Below are positions 47,145-57,900 of a DNA stretch of 64,000 bases, one piece after another. The stretch is from Alphaproteobacteria bacterium. GTDB taxonomy: Bacteria > Pseudomonadota > Alphaproteobacteria > UBA828. The stretch is taken from positions 2,112,001 to 2,176,000 of the forward strand of contig CBDCCI010000002.1 in NCBI GenBank assembly GCA_965214705.1, given 5' to 3'. Each line of letters begins with the position of its first letter. Position 1 is the first letter of the stretch. A model generated the notes under the pieces. It made no database searches. It had not been told where the DNA came from and saw only the letters and a list, made by a program, of their open reading frames with translations. The position numbers were made by a program, and so were the translations under genes.

Positions 47145-47651
47145 ATGAGAGCCAGCAGAGGACTTGCCGTGGCGGCAGCAGCCATGATGGGCGTTCTATG
47201 CGCAGCCCCGAGTACGTTCGCGCAGGAGAGCGGCAGCTTCAGCGCGATCGCAACCTATGTTCGCGACTTCACCTCCATAGAGCACGCCGACGGCGCGTAT
47301 TTCGGCGGCAGGCTGGAGGGCACCATCACCACCCTCGCAAGCAGCGGCGAGCCCTTCGTCGAGGGCGGGCACAGCCTGTCGACGTGCGTGATCTTCGGCA
47401 AACGCTCGGCTGCCGGGCTCGATCTTCAGACCGCGTGCACGTCCACCAACCCCTCCGGCGACACGCTCTATCTCACAGCCGAGAGGCGCGCAGGCGACGT
47501 GGATGCAGGTGGCGGCGGGCAGGGTCAGCTGGAGCTGGCAGGCGGCACCGGTGTCTATGCCGGGATGGCAGGAAGCTGTGCCTACGAGACCAGCTATCTG
47601 GCGAACAATCAGGTCGTCACGACCACGGATTGCACCTGGCACAGGGATTGA
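47145..47651 (+). CDS. Secreted hypothetical beta-barrel protein
   Basis: RBS GGAGG, signal peptide, GGTGVYAGMAG motif. Confidence 0.7.
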   Translation: MRASRGLAVAAAAMMGVLCAAPSTFAQESGSFSAIATYVRDFTSIEHADGAYFGGRLEGTITTLASSGEPFVEGGHSLSTCVIFGKRSAAGLDLQTACTSTNPSGDTLYLTAERRAGDVDAGGGGQGQLELAGGTGVYAGMAGSCAYETSYLANNQVVTTTDCTWHRD

Positions 47652-47744
47652 TCGTCGCGAGACAGCGCAGCCGCGCGCGGGCTTGCGCAGGGCCCGCCAA
47701 CCTGCAACGCTTCGCCGCGGCTATTCCTTGCAGTGGAGGTGGCT

Positions 47745-48026
47745 ATGGGCGCGGCAACGCCGACCGTGCTAATCGACAACGACCGCGTGCGCGTCACCGA
47801 GTGGCGATTCAAGCCCGGCGAGGCGACGGGTTGGCACCGGCACGAATACGACTACGTGGTGGTGCCGGTAACGACCGGACACCTCCACCTCGTGGAGCCC
47901 GACGGCGAGCGCACAGTCCAAATCGTCCACGGCTCGCCCTATTACCGGGATGAAGGGGTCGAGCACGACGTCATCAACCCGAGCGACACCGACGACGTGG
48001 TCTTCGTCGAAGTCGAGGTGAAGTAG
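47745..48026 (+). CDS. Cupin domain protein
   Basis: WHRHEYDY...GVEHDVIN. Confidence 0.85.
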   Translation: MGAATPTVLIDNDRVRVTEWRFKPGEATGWHRHEYDYVVVPVTTGHLHLVEPDGERTVQIVHGSPYYRDEGVEHDVINPSDTDDVVFVEVEVK

Positions 48027-48047
48027 GGCGTCCCGGCGCGGGGCATA

Positions 48048-48091
48048 GAGTCAACGAACCGTCACATATCCGTATTATTTCCATCTTCGCC
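48048..48091 (+). promoter_or_regulatory. Pho boxes upstream of pstS
   Basis: 11-bp phased repeats GAGTCAACGAA CCGTCACATAT CCGTATTATTT CCATCTT. Confidence 0.6.
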
Positions 48092-48179
48092 CGGCGTTAG
48101 GGTTTGCCTGCCATCCCGGGCGGCCGCGCCGGCGCGCGGTCACGACCGTCGGGATGAGAGCGAACCCGGAGGAAGCGCC

Positions 48180-49226
48180 GTGACCAAGACACCCCTCGCC
48201 ATCGCCGCGGCGGCAGCTCTTGCGCTGACCGCGTCAGTGGCGCTGACCAACGCCGCGGAGGCCCGCGACCAGATCAGGATCGTAGGCTCTTCGACCGTAT
48301 TCCCCTTCGCCACCGCCGTCGCCGAAGAGTTCGGCAAGACCACGGGGAACAAGACCCCGGTGGTCGAGAGCACCGGCTCGGGCGGCGGGCTCAAGCTCTT
48401 CTGCGCCGGCGTCGGCGTCGCTCACCCCGACATCACCAACGCCTCGCGCCGGATCAAGACCTCGGAGGTCGAGCGCTGCGCCTCGAACGGCGTGACCGAC
48501 ATCACCGAGGTCAAGATCGGCTACGACGGCATCGTGCTCGCCAACTCGAAGTCGGCGGAGCGGTTCTCGATCACCCTGCAGCAGCTCTTCCTCGCGCTGG
48601 CGAAGGACGTGCCCTCCGACGGAGGCATGGTGCCCAATCCCAACCAGACCTGGAGCGACATCGACGCCTCCCTGCCGGGGGCGAAGATCGAGGTGCTCGG
48701 CCCGCCGCCGACCTCCGGCACGCGGGACGCCTTCGTCGAGCTCGCCATGGAGGGCGGCTGCAAGACCTTCCCCGGCATCAAGGCGCTCAAAAAAGAAGAC
48801 AAGAGCGCCTACAAGGTCATCTGCCATTCAATTCGTGAGGATGGCGCCTTCGTCGAGGCGGGCGAGAACGACAACCTCATCGTTCAGAAGCTCGAAGCCA
48901 ATCCCTCGGCGCTCGGGATCTTCGGCTACAGCTTCCTCGACCAGAACCGCGACAAGGTTCGCGGCAGCATCATCGACGGCGTCGAGCCCGACTTCGACAC
49001 CATCGCCGACGGCGACTATCCGGTCTCCCGCTCCATGTACTTCTACGTGAAGAAGGCGCACGTGGGCGTGATCCCCGGAATCGACGAGTACGTCGCGACG
49101 TTCACCGACGAGGATGCCTGGGGTCCCTACGGCTACCTCGCCGACAAGGGACTGATCCCGCTCCCCGATGCGGATCGCGAGGCGATGCGCACCCAGGCCA
49201 CCACCTTTGCTCAGCTCTCCATGTAA
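48180..49226 (+). CDS. pstS: Phosphate ABC transporter substrate-binding protein
   Basis: GSSTVFPF, STGSGGG and PPPTSGTRDAF motifs. Confidence 0.93.
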   Translation: MTKTPLAIAAAAALALTASVALTNAAEARDQIRIVGSSTVFPFATAVAEEFGKTTGNKTPVVESTGSGGGLKLFCAGVGVAHPDITNASRRIKTSEVERCASNGVTDITEVKIGYDGIVLANSKSAERFSITLQQLFLALAKDVPSDGGMVPNPNQTWSDIDASLPGAKIEVLGPPPTSGTRDAFVELAMEGGCKTFPGIKALKKEDKSAYKVICHSIREDGAFVEAGENDNLIVQKLEANPSALGIFGYSFLDQNRDKVRGSIIDGVEPDFDTIADGDYPVSRSMYFYVKKAHVGVIPGIDEYVATFTDEDAWGPYGYLADKGLIPLPDADREAMRTQATTFAQLSM

Positions 49227-49260
49227 CGGGGCTCGCCACAAGACCCTGAAATAATGCTAC

Positions 49261-49298
49261 AGCGGCGCCCGTTCCTCACCGGGAGCGGGCGCCGTTTT
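49261..49298 (+). terminator. Intrinsic terminator after pstS
   Basis: AGCGGCGCCCGTTCC...GGAGCGGGCGCCGTTTT. Confidence 0.7.
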
Positions 49299-49354
49299 CA
49301 ACCAGCGCCGCAAGACAATAGCCAACCGCAGGGAGAGCGACAGGAGCATGCGCG

Positions 49355-50044
49355 ATGACGGATAGCCCGCTCATCCTCGTGATCGAAGACGAAACCTCGC
49401 TGACAACCCTGCTCCGTTACAATCTCGAGAGTCACCGGTTCCGCGTCGCTTCGATCGAGAACGGCGGCGACGCGATGGGCACGATCGCTTCGATAAAGCC
49501 CGATCTGGTACTGCTCGACTGGATGCTGCCCGGAGTCTCCGGAATAGAGATTTGCCGCAAGATCCGGCGCGATCCGGAGACTCACAGCCTGCCGGTCATC
49601 CTGCTCACCGCGCGCGGCGAGGAAAGCGACCGCGTCCGCGGCCTCGACTGTGGTGCCGACGACTACGTGGTCAAGCCATTCGCAATTTCGGAACTCATCG
49701 CACGCATTGGCGCGGTGCTGCGCCGGGCAGCGCCGACGAACGCCGCCCAATCACTCGCCAGCAGCGACATCACAATGGACCTCGCCAGCCATCGCGTCAG
49801 CCGCAACGGGCGCTCGATCCACCTGGGGCCGACCGAATACCGCCTGCTGCGTCACTTCATGGAGCATCCCGGTCGGGTGCTCTCCCGCGACCATCTGCTC
49901 GAAGCGGTATGGGGGCGCGCGGTGCATATCGAGCAACGCACCGTGGACGTGCACGTTCGCCGTCTGCGCCAGGCGCTTAACCGCGACGGCGAAGATGACG
50001 TGATCCGGACAGTGCGCGCGGCAGGCTACGCCTTCTCCGGTTGA
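49355..50044 (+). CDS. phoB: Phosphate regulon response regulator PhoB
   Basis: LLDWMLPG, HLGPTEYRLL, RTVDVHVRRLR and IRTVRAAGY motifs. Confidence 0.88.
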   Translation: MTDSPLILVIEDETSLTTLLRYNLESHRFRVASIENGGDAMGTIASIKPDLVLLDWMLPGVSGIEICRKIRRDPETHSLPVILLTARGEESDRVRGLDCGADDYVVKPFAISELIARIGAVLRRAAPTNAAQSLASSDITMDLASHRVSRNGRSIHLGPTEYRLLRHFMEHPGRVLSRDHLLEAVWGRAVHIEQRTVDVHVRRLRQALNRDGEDDVIRTVRAAGYAFSG

Positions 50045-50060
50045 TCGAAGCGCCGCTCTA

Positions 50061-50684
50061 TCAACCGAACTCGGGAACCGTTGCGACCGCGCTCTCGCGC
50101 TCGTCGATGGCGGCGTGCCAGCGGGCGATGTTGGCCCTGGGAGCCAGCAGCGTCTCGCCCTCCGCCGTCATCTTCAGATAGTGGAGGACGGGCAGCACCA
50201 TGTAGTCGGCGATCGAGGCCTCGCCGCCGGCGAAGCAGGCATTGCCTTCCAGCGCCCCGTCGAGCGCGATGAGCGCCTTGTCGGACTTTGGCACGCTGCT
50301 CTCGACCAGGGCCTCGTCGGGCTCGCCGCCCTGCGCGGGCACGATCAGGCGCTGCAGCACGATGTCGATCGCAGGCCGGTAGAGGTACTGGATGAAGACC
50401 GACGTCCACTGCCAGCAGCGGGCGTTGGCGACCGGGTCGTCCGGCTGCAGGGGCGGCCCGTCGAACGCATTGTCGATGTAGTTGCAGATCGCGAGCGACT
50501 CGTACATGCGCACGTCGCCGTGGGTCATGGCCGGCACCGACCCCCAGGGCTGCATCGCCAACTGCTCCGCCGACTGGGGCATGACGGGATCGAGCTCGTA
50601 GGGCACCCCCTTCTCCCTGCACGCCATGCGGCAGGTGCGGACATAGGTGCTCAGCGGTATGCCATGAATAATCAGTGTCGCCAT
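50061..50684 (-). CDS. Glutathione S-transferase family protein
   Basis: PWGSVPAM..ESLAICNY motif. Confidence 0.88.
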   Translation of the reverse strand: MATLIIHGIPLSTYVRTCRMACREKGVPYELDPVMPQSAEQLAMQPWGSVPAMTHGDVRMYESLAICNYIDNAFDGPPLQPDDPVANARCWQWTSVFIQYLYRPAIDIVLQRLIVPAQGGEPDEALVESSVPKSDKALIALDGALEGNACFAGGEASIADYMVLPVLHYLKMTAEGETLLAPRANIARWHAAIDERESAVATVPEFG

Positions 50685-50864
50685 CGTTCGCTCCCTCACT
50701 CCGGTCGGCGCGGCAGGGCCCTCCCCCGACCGCGCGCGCCTATCTTGCATATCCCGCTCGGGGTTGCACCGGGACCGCACCGTGAACGCATCGGGGCACG
50801 TTGTTCGCCGCCGGGCCCCTGACTATGCTCGCGGCATGAGGATGGCGCAGCGCGGAGGCGCAGC

Positions 50865-53117
50865 ATGCTGACGATCACCGGCTATCCCGACCGGATCAGC
50901 GTCCGGCCGGGCGAGACCATCAAGTTCCATGTGAACTGCGAGCATCCCACCTATCAGGCGGACATCGTGCGCCTGATCTGCGCGGACGACACGCCCGCCG
51001 GGCCCGGCTTCAAGGAACGGCCGATCCGCACCCCGGTGAGCAAGCGCCACAAGGGGCGCCGGCAGGTCATCCACGCGGGCTCCTACGCCCTGGTGGAGAG
51101 CCGGCCGCTGCTGGAGACGCTCGGCAGCTTCACCGTTCAGGCGATGATCTGGCCGACCACGCCAGGCAAGGGCGAGCAAGGCATCGTCACCAAGTGGGAC
51201 CCGCGCACCAAGACCGGCTTCGCGCTCGTCATCGACGATGCGGGCTCCGTCGCGCTCCGGCTCGGCATGGCCGACGGCACGGTGGAGACGGTCTCGGTCG
51301 GCAAGCCGCTGCTCGAGCGCCACTGGTATCTCGCCGCCGCCAGCTACGATGCCGAGTCCGGCCGGGTCACGGTCTATCAGGAGCCGCTGCTGCCCTACGC
51401 CCGCGTCGACGACGGCGGCACGAAGACGCGCAAGGTCGGGGCAGCTTCCGTCCGCAACGGCGCGCCCATCGTCATGGCCGGCATCTACAAGCGGCGCCAG
51501 AAGGGCCGCGCGCTGGTGGAGGGCCTCTACAACGGCAAGATCGATTCGCCCCGGCTGGTCGGCCGCGCGCTGGATCGTTTGGAGATCGAGCGCGTGCGGA
51601 ACGAGGCGGTCCCCGCCGGGCTCGCGCCCGACATCCTCTGCGCCTGGGATTTTTCGCGGGACATCACGTCGATCAAGATTTCCGACCGCTCCCCCAACCA
51701 TTGCCACGGGGAGATCGTCAACCTGCCCGCGCGCGGCATGACCGGCTGGAATTTTTCGGGCGAGGAGATGTGCTGGCGCCACGCACGGCACGAGTACGGC
51801 GCCATCCACTTCCACGACGACGATCTCTACGACGCCGGCTGGGAGGTGGACTTCGAATGGACCGTGCCGGCGCGCATGGCGAGCGGAGTCTACGCCGCGC
51901 GGCTCCGGGCCAAGGGAGCCGAGGAATACGTGCCCTTCGTGGTGCTGCCGGCGCCGGGGCGGGCCAATCGCGTGGCCTTCCTGCTGCCGACGGTCGAGTA
52001 CATGGCCTACGCCAACGAGCACCTGGCCTTCGACGGCCCGCTCGGCGAGCTCCTCACCGGCCAGCTACCCACGCTCAATGCGCAGCAGCTCTTCCTCAAC
52101 GAGCATCGCGAATACGGCTCGTCGCTCTACGACACCCATTCGGACGGCAGCGGCGTCTGCTACTCGTCTCGGCTGCGCCCGATCCTCAACATGCGCCCCA
52201 AGGCGGAGACACCCTGGGCCTGCGCCGGCGAGGACTCCACCAACGCGCGCGAGTTCATCCTCGACATGTACGTGGTGGACTGGCTCACCCACTTCGGCAT
52301 GGAGCACGACGTCATCACCGACGAGGACGTCGACCGCGAGGGCATCGACCTGCTCAAGCCCTACAACGTGCTGATCACCGGCGGCCACCCGGAGTACTAC
52401 TCCAAGGCCATGCGCAACGTCGTGCACGGCTTCACCCAGCAGGGCGGCCGGCTGATGTATCTCGGCGGCAACGGCTTCTACTGGCGCGTCGCCATGCACA
52501 AGGAGCTGCCGGGCGTGATCGAGGTGCGCCGCTGCGAGGCCGCGATCCGCACCTGGGAGGCGGACCCCGGCGAGTACTATCACAGCTTCACCGGCGAGTA
52601 CGGCGGCATCTGGCGCCACCAGGGGGACTTCGCCCCCCAGCGCCTGGCGGGCGTCGGCTTCGTCGCCGAGGGCTTCGACAAGTCTTCCTACTATCGGCGC
52701 ATGCCGGGCAGTTTCGACCCTCGCGCGCAGTTCATCTTCGAGGGGATCGGCGCGGACGAGCTGATCGGCGACTTCGGCTATCACGGCGAGGGCGCGGCCG
52801 GCAACGAGCTGGACGGCACCGACCCCCGTCTCGGCACGCCACCGCACGCGCTGGTCCTCGCGCGCTCGGAAGACCACACCGACCTCTACCTGGTGGTGAA
52901 CGAGGAGGTGCTGGTGAACCATGCCGGCCTGGGCGGCACCGAGCACGAGAAGGTCAGGGCCGACATGGTCTTCTACGAGACGCCCAACGGTGGCGCGGTG
53001 TTCTCGGTGGGCTCGATCTGCTATCCCGCGAGCCTGCCGTGGAACGGCTACGACAACAACATCGCGAGGCTTACGACCAACGTACTCCGCCGCTTCGCCG
53101 ACCCCGAACCGTTTTGA
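50865..53117 (+). CDS. N,N-dimethylformamidase large (beta) subunit family protein
   Basis: YMAYANEH, SLYDTHSDG, HPEY and LGGNGFYW motifs; LamG-like insert. Confidence 0.88.
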   Translation: MLTITGYPDRISVRPGETIKFHVNCEHPTYQADIVRLICADDTPAGPGFKERPIRTPVSKRHKGRRQVIHAGSYALVESRPLLETLGSFTVQAMIWPTTPGKGEQGIVTKWDPRTKTGFALVIDDAGSVALRLGMADGTVETVSVGKPLLERHWYLAAASYDAESGRVTVYQEPLLPYARVDDGGTKTRKVGAASVRNGAPIVMAGIYKRRQKGRALVEGLYNGKIDSPRLVGRALDRLEIERVRNEAVPAGLAPDILCAWDFSRDITSIKISDRSPNHCHGEIVNLPARGMTGWNFSGEEMCWRHARHEYGAIHFHDDDLYDAGWEVDFEWTVPARMASGVYAARLRAKGAEEYVPFVVLPAPGRANRVAFLLPTVEYMAYANEHLAFDGPLGELLTGQLPTLNAQQLFLNEHREYGSSLYDTHSDGSGVCYSSRLRPILNMRPKAETPWACAGEDSTNAREFILDMYVVDWLTHFGMEHDVITDEDVDREGIDLLKPYNVLITGGHPEYYSKAMRNVVHGFTQQGGRLMYLGGNGFYWRVAMHKELPGVIEVRRCEAAIRTWEADPGEYYHSFTGEYGGIWRHQGDFAPQRLAGVGFVAEGFDKSSYYRRMPGSFDPRAQFIFEGIGADELIGDFGYHGEGAAGNELDGTDPRLGTPPHALVLARSEDHTDLYLVVNEEVLVNHAGLGGTEHEKVRADMVFYETPNGGAVFSVGSICYPASLPWNGYDNNIARLTTNVLRRFADPEPF

Positions 53118-53128
53118 GGACGCCCGAC

Positions 53129-53671
53129 ATGCCAGGCTATGTGATCGCCGATGTGAGCGTGACCGATCCCGAGACTTACGCGGACTACCGGGCGCTGACG
53201 CCGGGCTCGATTGCGGCGTTCGAGGGGCGGTTCCTCGTGCGCGGCGGCGAGCACGAGGTCATCGCCGGCGGCTGGCAGCCCGGCCGGCTGGTGCTGCTGG
53301 AGTTCGAGAGCCCAGCGCGTGCCGCAAGCTGGTACGATTCGCCGGCCTACGTAGAAGCACGGGCTATTCGCCAGCGTGCATCGACCGGCCACATGGTCCA
53401 TCTCGAAGGCGACGGGGCTGCACAGGGTGGCGGCCACTACCTGATCCTGCGCGGAGCGAGCGGCGAGTCCGACATCGATCCCGCCAGCATCGCCGCTTGC
53501 GGTGGGCGGGTGCTGTCGAGCGGTCGAGCGCCAACGGTCAAGGAAGGCACCTGGCCCGACGGCAGCATGATGGTGCTCGAATTCGACGACCGCGCAGCGG
53601 CGGAGGCCTGGCGCGAGTCGGCAGACGCCCAGCGGCTAGAGGGAGCGGCAGTTCTGGTCGAGGGCGCGTAA
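53129..53671 (+). CDS. DUF1330 domain protein (tandem domains)
   Basis: GRFLVRGG...LEF...WYDSPAY, followed by a second degenerate copy. Confidence 0.8.
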   Translation: MPGYVIADVSVTDPETYADYRALTPGSIAAFEGRFLVRGGEHEVIAGGWQPGRLVLLEFESPARAASWYDSPAYVEARAIRQRASTGHMVHLEGDGAAQGGGHYLILRGASGESDIDPASIAACGGRVLSSGRAPTVKEGTWPDGSMMVLEFDDRAAAEAWRESADAQRLEGAAVLVEGA

Positions 53672-53680
53672 GCCCTTGCG

Positions 53681-54898
53681 TCAGGCAGGCGCGCCGACGA
53701 TACCGCGATCGTGTAGCGCGCCGATGGCACCGTCGCTGAGGCCCAGCACCTCCGCCAGAATCTCGTCGGTGTGCTGGCCGAGCTGCGGCCCCGGCGCGAC
53801 CTCCCCGCGGGGAGACGCGGCGAAGTCCAGCGGCGAGCCCGGCGTCAGCACAGGCCCGATCCCCGGCTGATCGATCCGCTGAAACAGCGGATTGGCGGTC
53901 GAGCAGAAGGGGTCTTCCTCCACCATCTGGCTGTGGCTGCGGAACGGCCCCCAGAGCACGCCGGCTTCGGTGAGACGGGCGCCCACCTCCTCCAGGCTGA
54001 GCGAGGCGAACCAGGGCTCCAGCGCAGCGCGAAGCTGTTCCCGCACCTCCCAGCGGTCGGCCTCGTCGGCAAGATTGACGCCGTGCTCCGCCTCGATCCG
54101 AGCGAAGGTCTCCGTAAGTCCGGCCGCCTGCCCCAGCGCCTTCACGTGGCGCGGCGTCACCACCACCAGCATGACACAGCGGCCGTCGCGGGTCGCGAAG
54201 TCGCCGCCGAAGGTGCCGTACATGTCGTTGCCGATACGCGGCCGCTCGGCGCCGTTGATCTCGACATCGCCGATGTAACCCAGCGAGCCCGTGATGTGAT
54301 AGGCGACGTCGGCCAGGCTGAGCCGCACCTCCTGCCCCTCGCCGGTGCGACTCCGGTGGCGCTCGGCGGCGAGCAGGCCAATGGCGGCGGTAAGCCCGCA
54401 GGTCAGGTCCCAGCCCGGCAGGACGTTGTTCACCGGCTCGTCCAGGTCCGCCGGCCCGGTCACGTAAGGCCAGCCCATGCGCGCGTTCACGGTGTAGTCG
54501 ACCGCGACCGTGCCATCCGGATTGCCGATGATGCGCAGCATGATGAGGTCTTCGCGCCTGGCGCTCAGCGTCTCGTAAGAGAGCCAGTCTCCCACCTGCA
54601 GATTGGTCAGAAAGATGCCGGCCTCCGGCCCCGGCGCGGTGATGAGGGCCGCCACCAGCTCTCGCCCTTCGGCCTCGCGCAGATTGACGGCGAAGGACCG
54701 CTTGCCCTTGTTCATGCCGGCCCAGTAGATGCTCTCGTTCTCGGGCGTGACCGGCCAGCGCCGGTAGTCGAGGCCACCGCTAAGCGGGTCGAAGCGGATC
54801 ACGTCCGCGCCCATCTGGGCGAGAGTCATGCCGCCGAGCGGGGCGGCGACGAAGGCCGAGCCTTCGACCACACGCAGGCCCTTGAGAATACCGTTCAC
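53681..54898 (-). CDS. mct: Family III CoA-transferase, mesaconyl-CoA C1-C4 transferase (Mct)-like
   Basis: N-terminus GILKGLRVVEGSAFVAAPLGGMTLAQMGADVIRFDP..GGLDY.RWP and VLPGWD closely match the Chloroflexus Mct sequence as I recall it. Confidence 0.75.
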   Translation of the reverse strand: MNGILKGLRVVEGSAFVAAPLGGMTLAQMGADVIRFDPLSGGLDYRRWPVTPENESIYWAGMNKGKRSFAVNLREAEGRELVAALITAPGPEAGIFLTNLQVGDWLSYETLSARREDLIMLRIIGNPDGTVAVDYTVNARMGWPYVTGPADLDEPVNNVLPGWDLTCGLTAAIGLLAAERHRSRTGEGQEVRLSLADVAYHITGSLGYIGDVEINGAERPRIGNDMYGTFGGDFATRDGRCVMLVVVTPRHVKALGQAAGLTETFARIEAEHGVNLADEADRWEVREQLRAALEPWFASLSLEEVGARLTEAGVLWGPFRSHSQMVEEDPFCSTANPLFQRIDQPGIGPVLTPGSPLDFAASPRGEVAPGPQLGQHTDEILAEVLGLSDGAIGALHDRGIVGAPA

Positions 54899-54985
54899 GC
54901 CCTCTCCTCCCCGCTCTCTCCGCTTCGCCGAGCCAGGACGCCCGGCTTTGGCTAGGGCGCTGTGTAGTGGTCGCGTGGGCTGCGA

Positions 54986-57900
54986 TCAACCGTCGCTTTC
55001 GCGCAGCCTGAGAGCCGGTGACGCATCGTCCTCGACGGCCCTCTCGCCTCCGGCCGTCGGGCGGCCGAAGAGAGCGGCGATGTCGCCCTGAATCGCGAGC
55101 AGGCACGGCACCAGGATCAGCACGATCAGGGTCACGCCGAGCAGGCCGAAGACGATGGTGACCGCCATGGGCTTCAGGAACTGCGCCTGAAGGCTGGTCT
55201 CGAACAGCAAGGGCGTGAGGCCGAAGATCGTGGTCACCGAAGTCAGAATGACGGCACGCAGACGATCCCTCGCGCCGCCGACCAGGGCCTCCATCAGCGG
55301 TTCGCCGGCGTCGAGACGCTCCTGGATCGCGCGCACGAGGATGATCGAATCGTTGACCACGATGCCGCTCAGCCCGAGCAGCGCCATCATGCTCAGAACG
55401 GTGAGGTCGTAGCCCAGAACGAAATGGCCGAAGACGGCGCCAACCGCACCGAAGGGAATCACGGCCATGACGAAGATGGGCCGCGAGTAGCTGGAGAACA
55501 CCCAGGCCAGAATGAGATAAATCGCAACCAGGGCGACCACGGCGCCGGTCATCATGTCGCCCATGGTCGTCGCCTGTTCCTCGGCCTTGCCGCGCAGCAG
55601 GACGCCGACGCCGTACTTTTGCGCGGTCTCCGGCAGACCCTCAACCTGGAGCGCGTCCAGGACCTCGTCGGTGTTGGTGGTCGATTCGTCGATTTCCGCC
55701 GTGACGGCGATCATGCGCTGGCCGTCCTCGCGGCGGATGCTCGCGAACCCGGTTGCCTCGTCAAAGTCGACCACTTCGGCGAGCGGCACTTCGACGCCTG
55801 CGGGACTGCGCAGATAGAAGCGCCGCAAATCGCCTTCGGTGAGGGCTTCGTGCGGCAGGCGGACACGGATCGCGACCTCTTCGTCGCCCCGCGCGAAACG
55901 CCTCGCGATCACGCCCTCGAAGGCGGCGCGCACCTGGCGCGCGGCGCTCTCCGTGGTGAAGCCGAGGGCGCGGCCGCGCGCATTGACGGTAAGGATCGCC
56001 TCCTGCTTGCCGTAAGGGGTGTTGTCCTCGATGTCGCTCACACCTGGGAAACGGCCGAGCAACACGCTCACCTCGCCTGCCGCCGCCTTGAGCGCCTGCA
56101 CGTCGTCGCCCGCGATCCGAATGTCGATCTCGCGGCCGGGTGGCCCCGCTGCACGCTCGAGGATCGTCATGGTCTCCAGCCCCGGCAGCGGGCGCACCCG
56201 CTTGCGCCATTCCTCGATCAGCGCCTGCGTGCGGATGGTGCGCCGATCCGATGGCTGCAACTCGACCCGCATGGCGCCCACGTGGTCGCCGGTGCCGAGG
56301 AAGAACGTGTTGGGACGGGACGCCGGCTTGCCGACCTGGCCGAGGCTCATGACCACGAGGCCGCCGGCGCCCTCTGTCAGCGCGCGCTCGGCCTCGTCCA
56401 GCGCCCGCCCGAGCTCGTCCACCATGGCGGCCGTGGTCTCCCGCTTGGTGCCCTCGACGAAGGTGACGTTGGCGACCACAGAGTCCGCTTCGGGCGAGGG
56501 GAAGAAAACGAATGAGATACGCCCGCCCCCGATCAGCCCTATGAACAGCAGCAGCAGGCCGATCGCGACGGCGACGGTGAGGTATCGCCAGGCGACGCAG
56601 GCCCGCACGGCGCGGGCGAACAGCCCGTCGCGGAACGCCTCGAAGCGCGGGTTGAACCATCGTGCGAATCTGTTTTCCCCGCGTGGATCGGTCTTCAAAC
56701 CGATCCGCAGATGGCCGGGCAACACCAGGAAGCACTCGATCAGGCTCGCGACGAGCACGGCCACGATCACCAGGGGAATGGCCCCGATGATCTCGCCGAT
56801 CTGGCCAGACACCATGAAGAGCGGCAGGAAGGCGGCGACGCTTGTCAGCGTCGCCGCCATCACCGGCGCCAGCATTCGTCGGGCGCCGAGTTCCGCCGCG
56901 TCGGCCGGGCCGGCGCCCGCGGCGCGCTGAGTTACAGCATGCTCGCCGACCACGATGGCGTCGTCCACGATGATGCCGATAGCCATGATGAGCGCGAACA
57001 GGCTCACCATGTTGATCGTCTGGCCGGTCAGCATCATCACGCCGAGGGTGGCGAGCAGCGAGACGGGAATGCCGACCGTGACCCAGAAGGCGACCCGCGT
57101 GCTCAGGAAGATGAACAGCACCAGCACCACCAGAGCCAGCCCGCTCGCGCCGTTGCGGAGCAGCATGTTGATGCGGTCGTCGATGAGTTCGGCCGCATTG
57201 TCGTAGTGCTCGACGACCAGAGTCGGTGGCAGCGTCGGCCGCATCTCCTCGAGAAAGTCATCGAGGATGCCCGCCTGCTCCAGCGCATCGGACGTGCTCG
57301 CCCGCCGCACCTGTAGCTCGATGGCGGGGTAGCCCGCCCTGTACGCGACAGCATCCCGCTCGTTGAAGCGTTCGCTGATGGTCGCGATATCGCGGAGGTG
57401 GACCTTGGCCCCGTCCTCGCGCGCGATGATCTCGACCTGGCCGATCTCATCGGCCGATCTGGCAAGGCCCAGGCTTCGGATCTGCTTGTTGGTGCCGGCA
57501 GGGACGATGCCGGAAGGCTGGTCGGCCGAGCTCGTACCGATCCGCGACGCGATATCGCCGAGCGTGAGGTCGAGCTGGCGCAGACGCCCCTCCCCGACCT
57601 CGACCCAGATTTCCTCGCGCCGGCTGCCGAACAGGTCAACCTTGTCGACGCCAGCGGCAAGCAGACGCTCCCGGATGTCCTTGGCGTGGGCACGCAGCGC
57701 CGCCTCGGAGAACGGGCCGGAAACGACGATATTGCCTATGTTCTCGTAGAAGTAGAGGCGGTTGACGACCGGCCTCTCAGAGTCCTCCGGCAGCGTCTCG
57801 ACCCGATCCACGGCGTTCTCGACATTGGCCAGCGCCGTATCGAGGTTCGTCCCCGGCTCGAACTCCACGACGACCGAGCCGATGCCTTCCACGGACTGCG

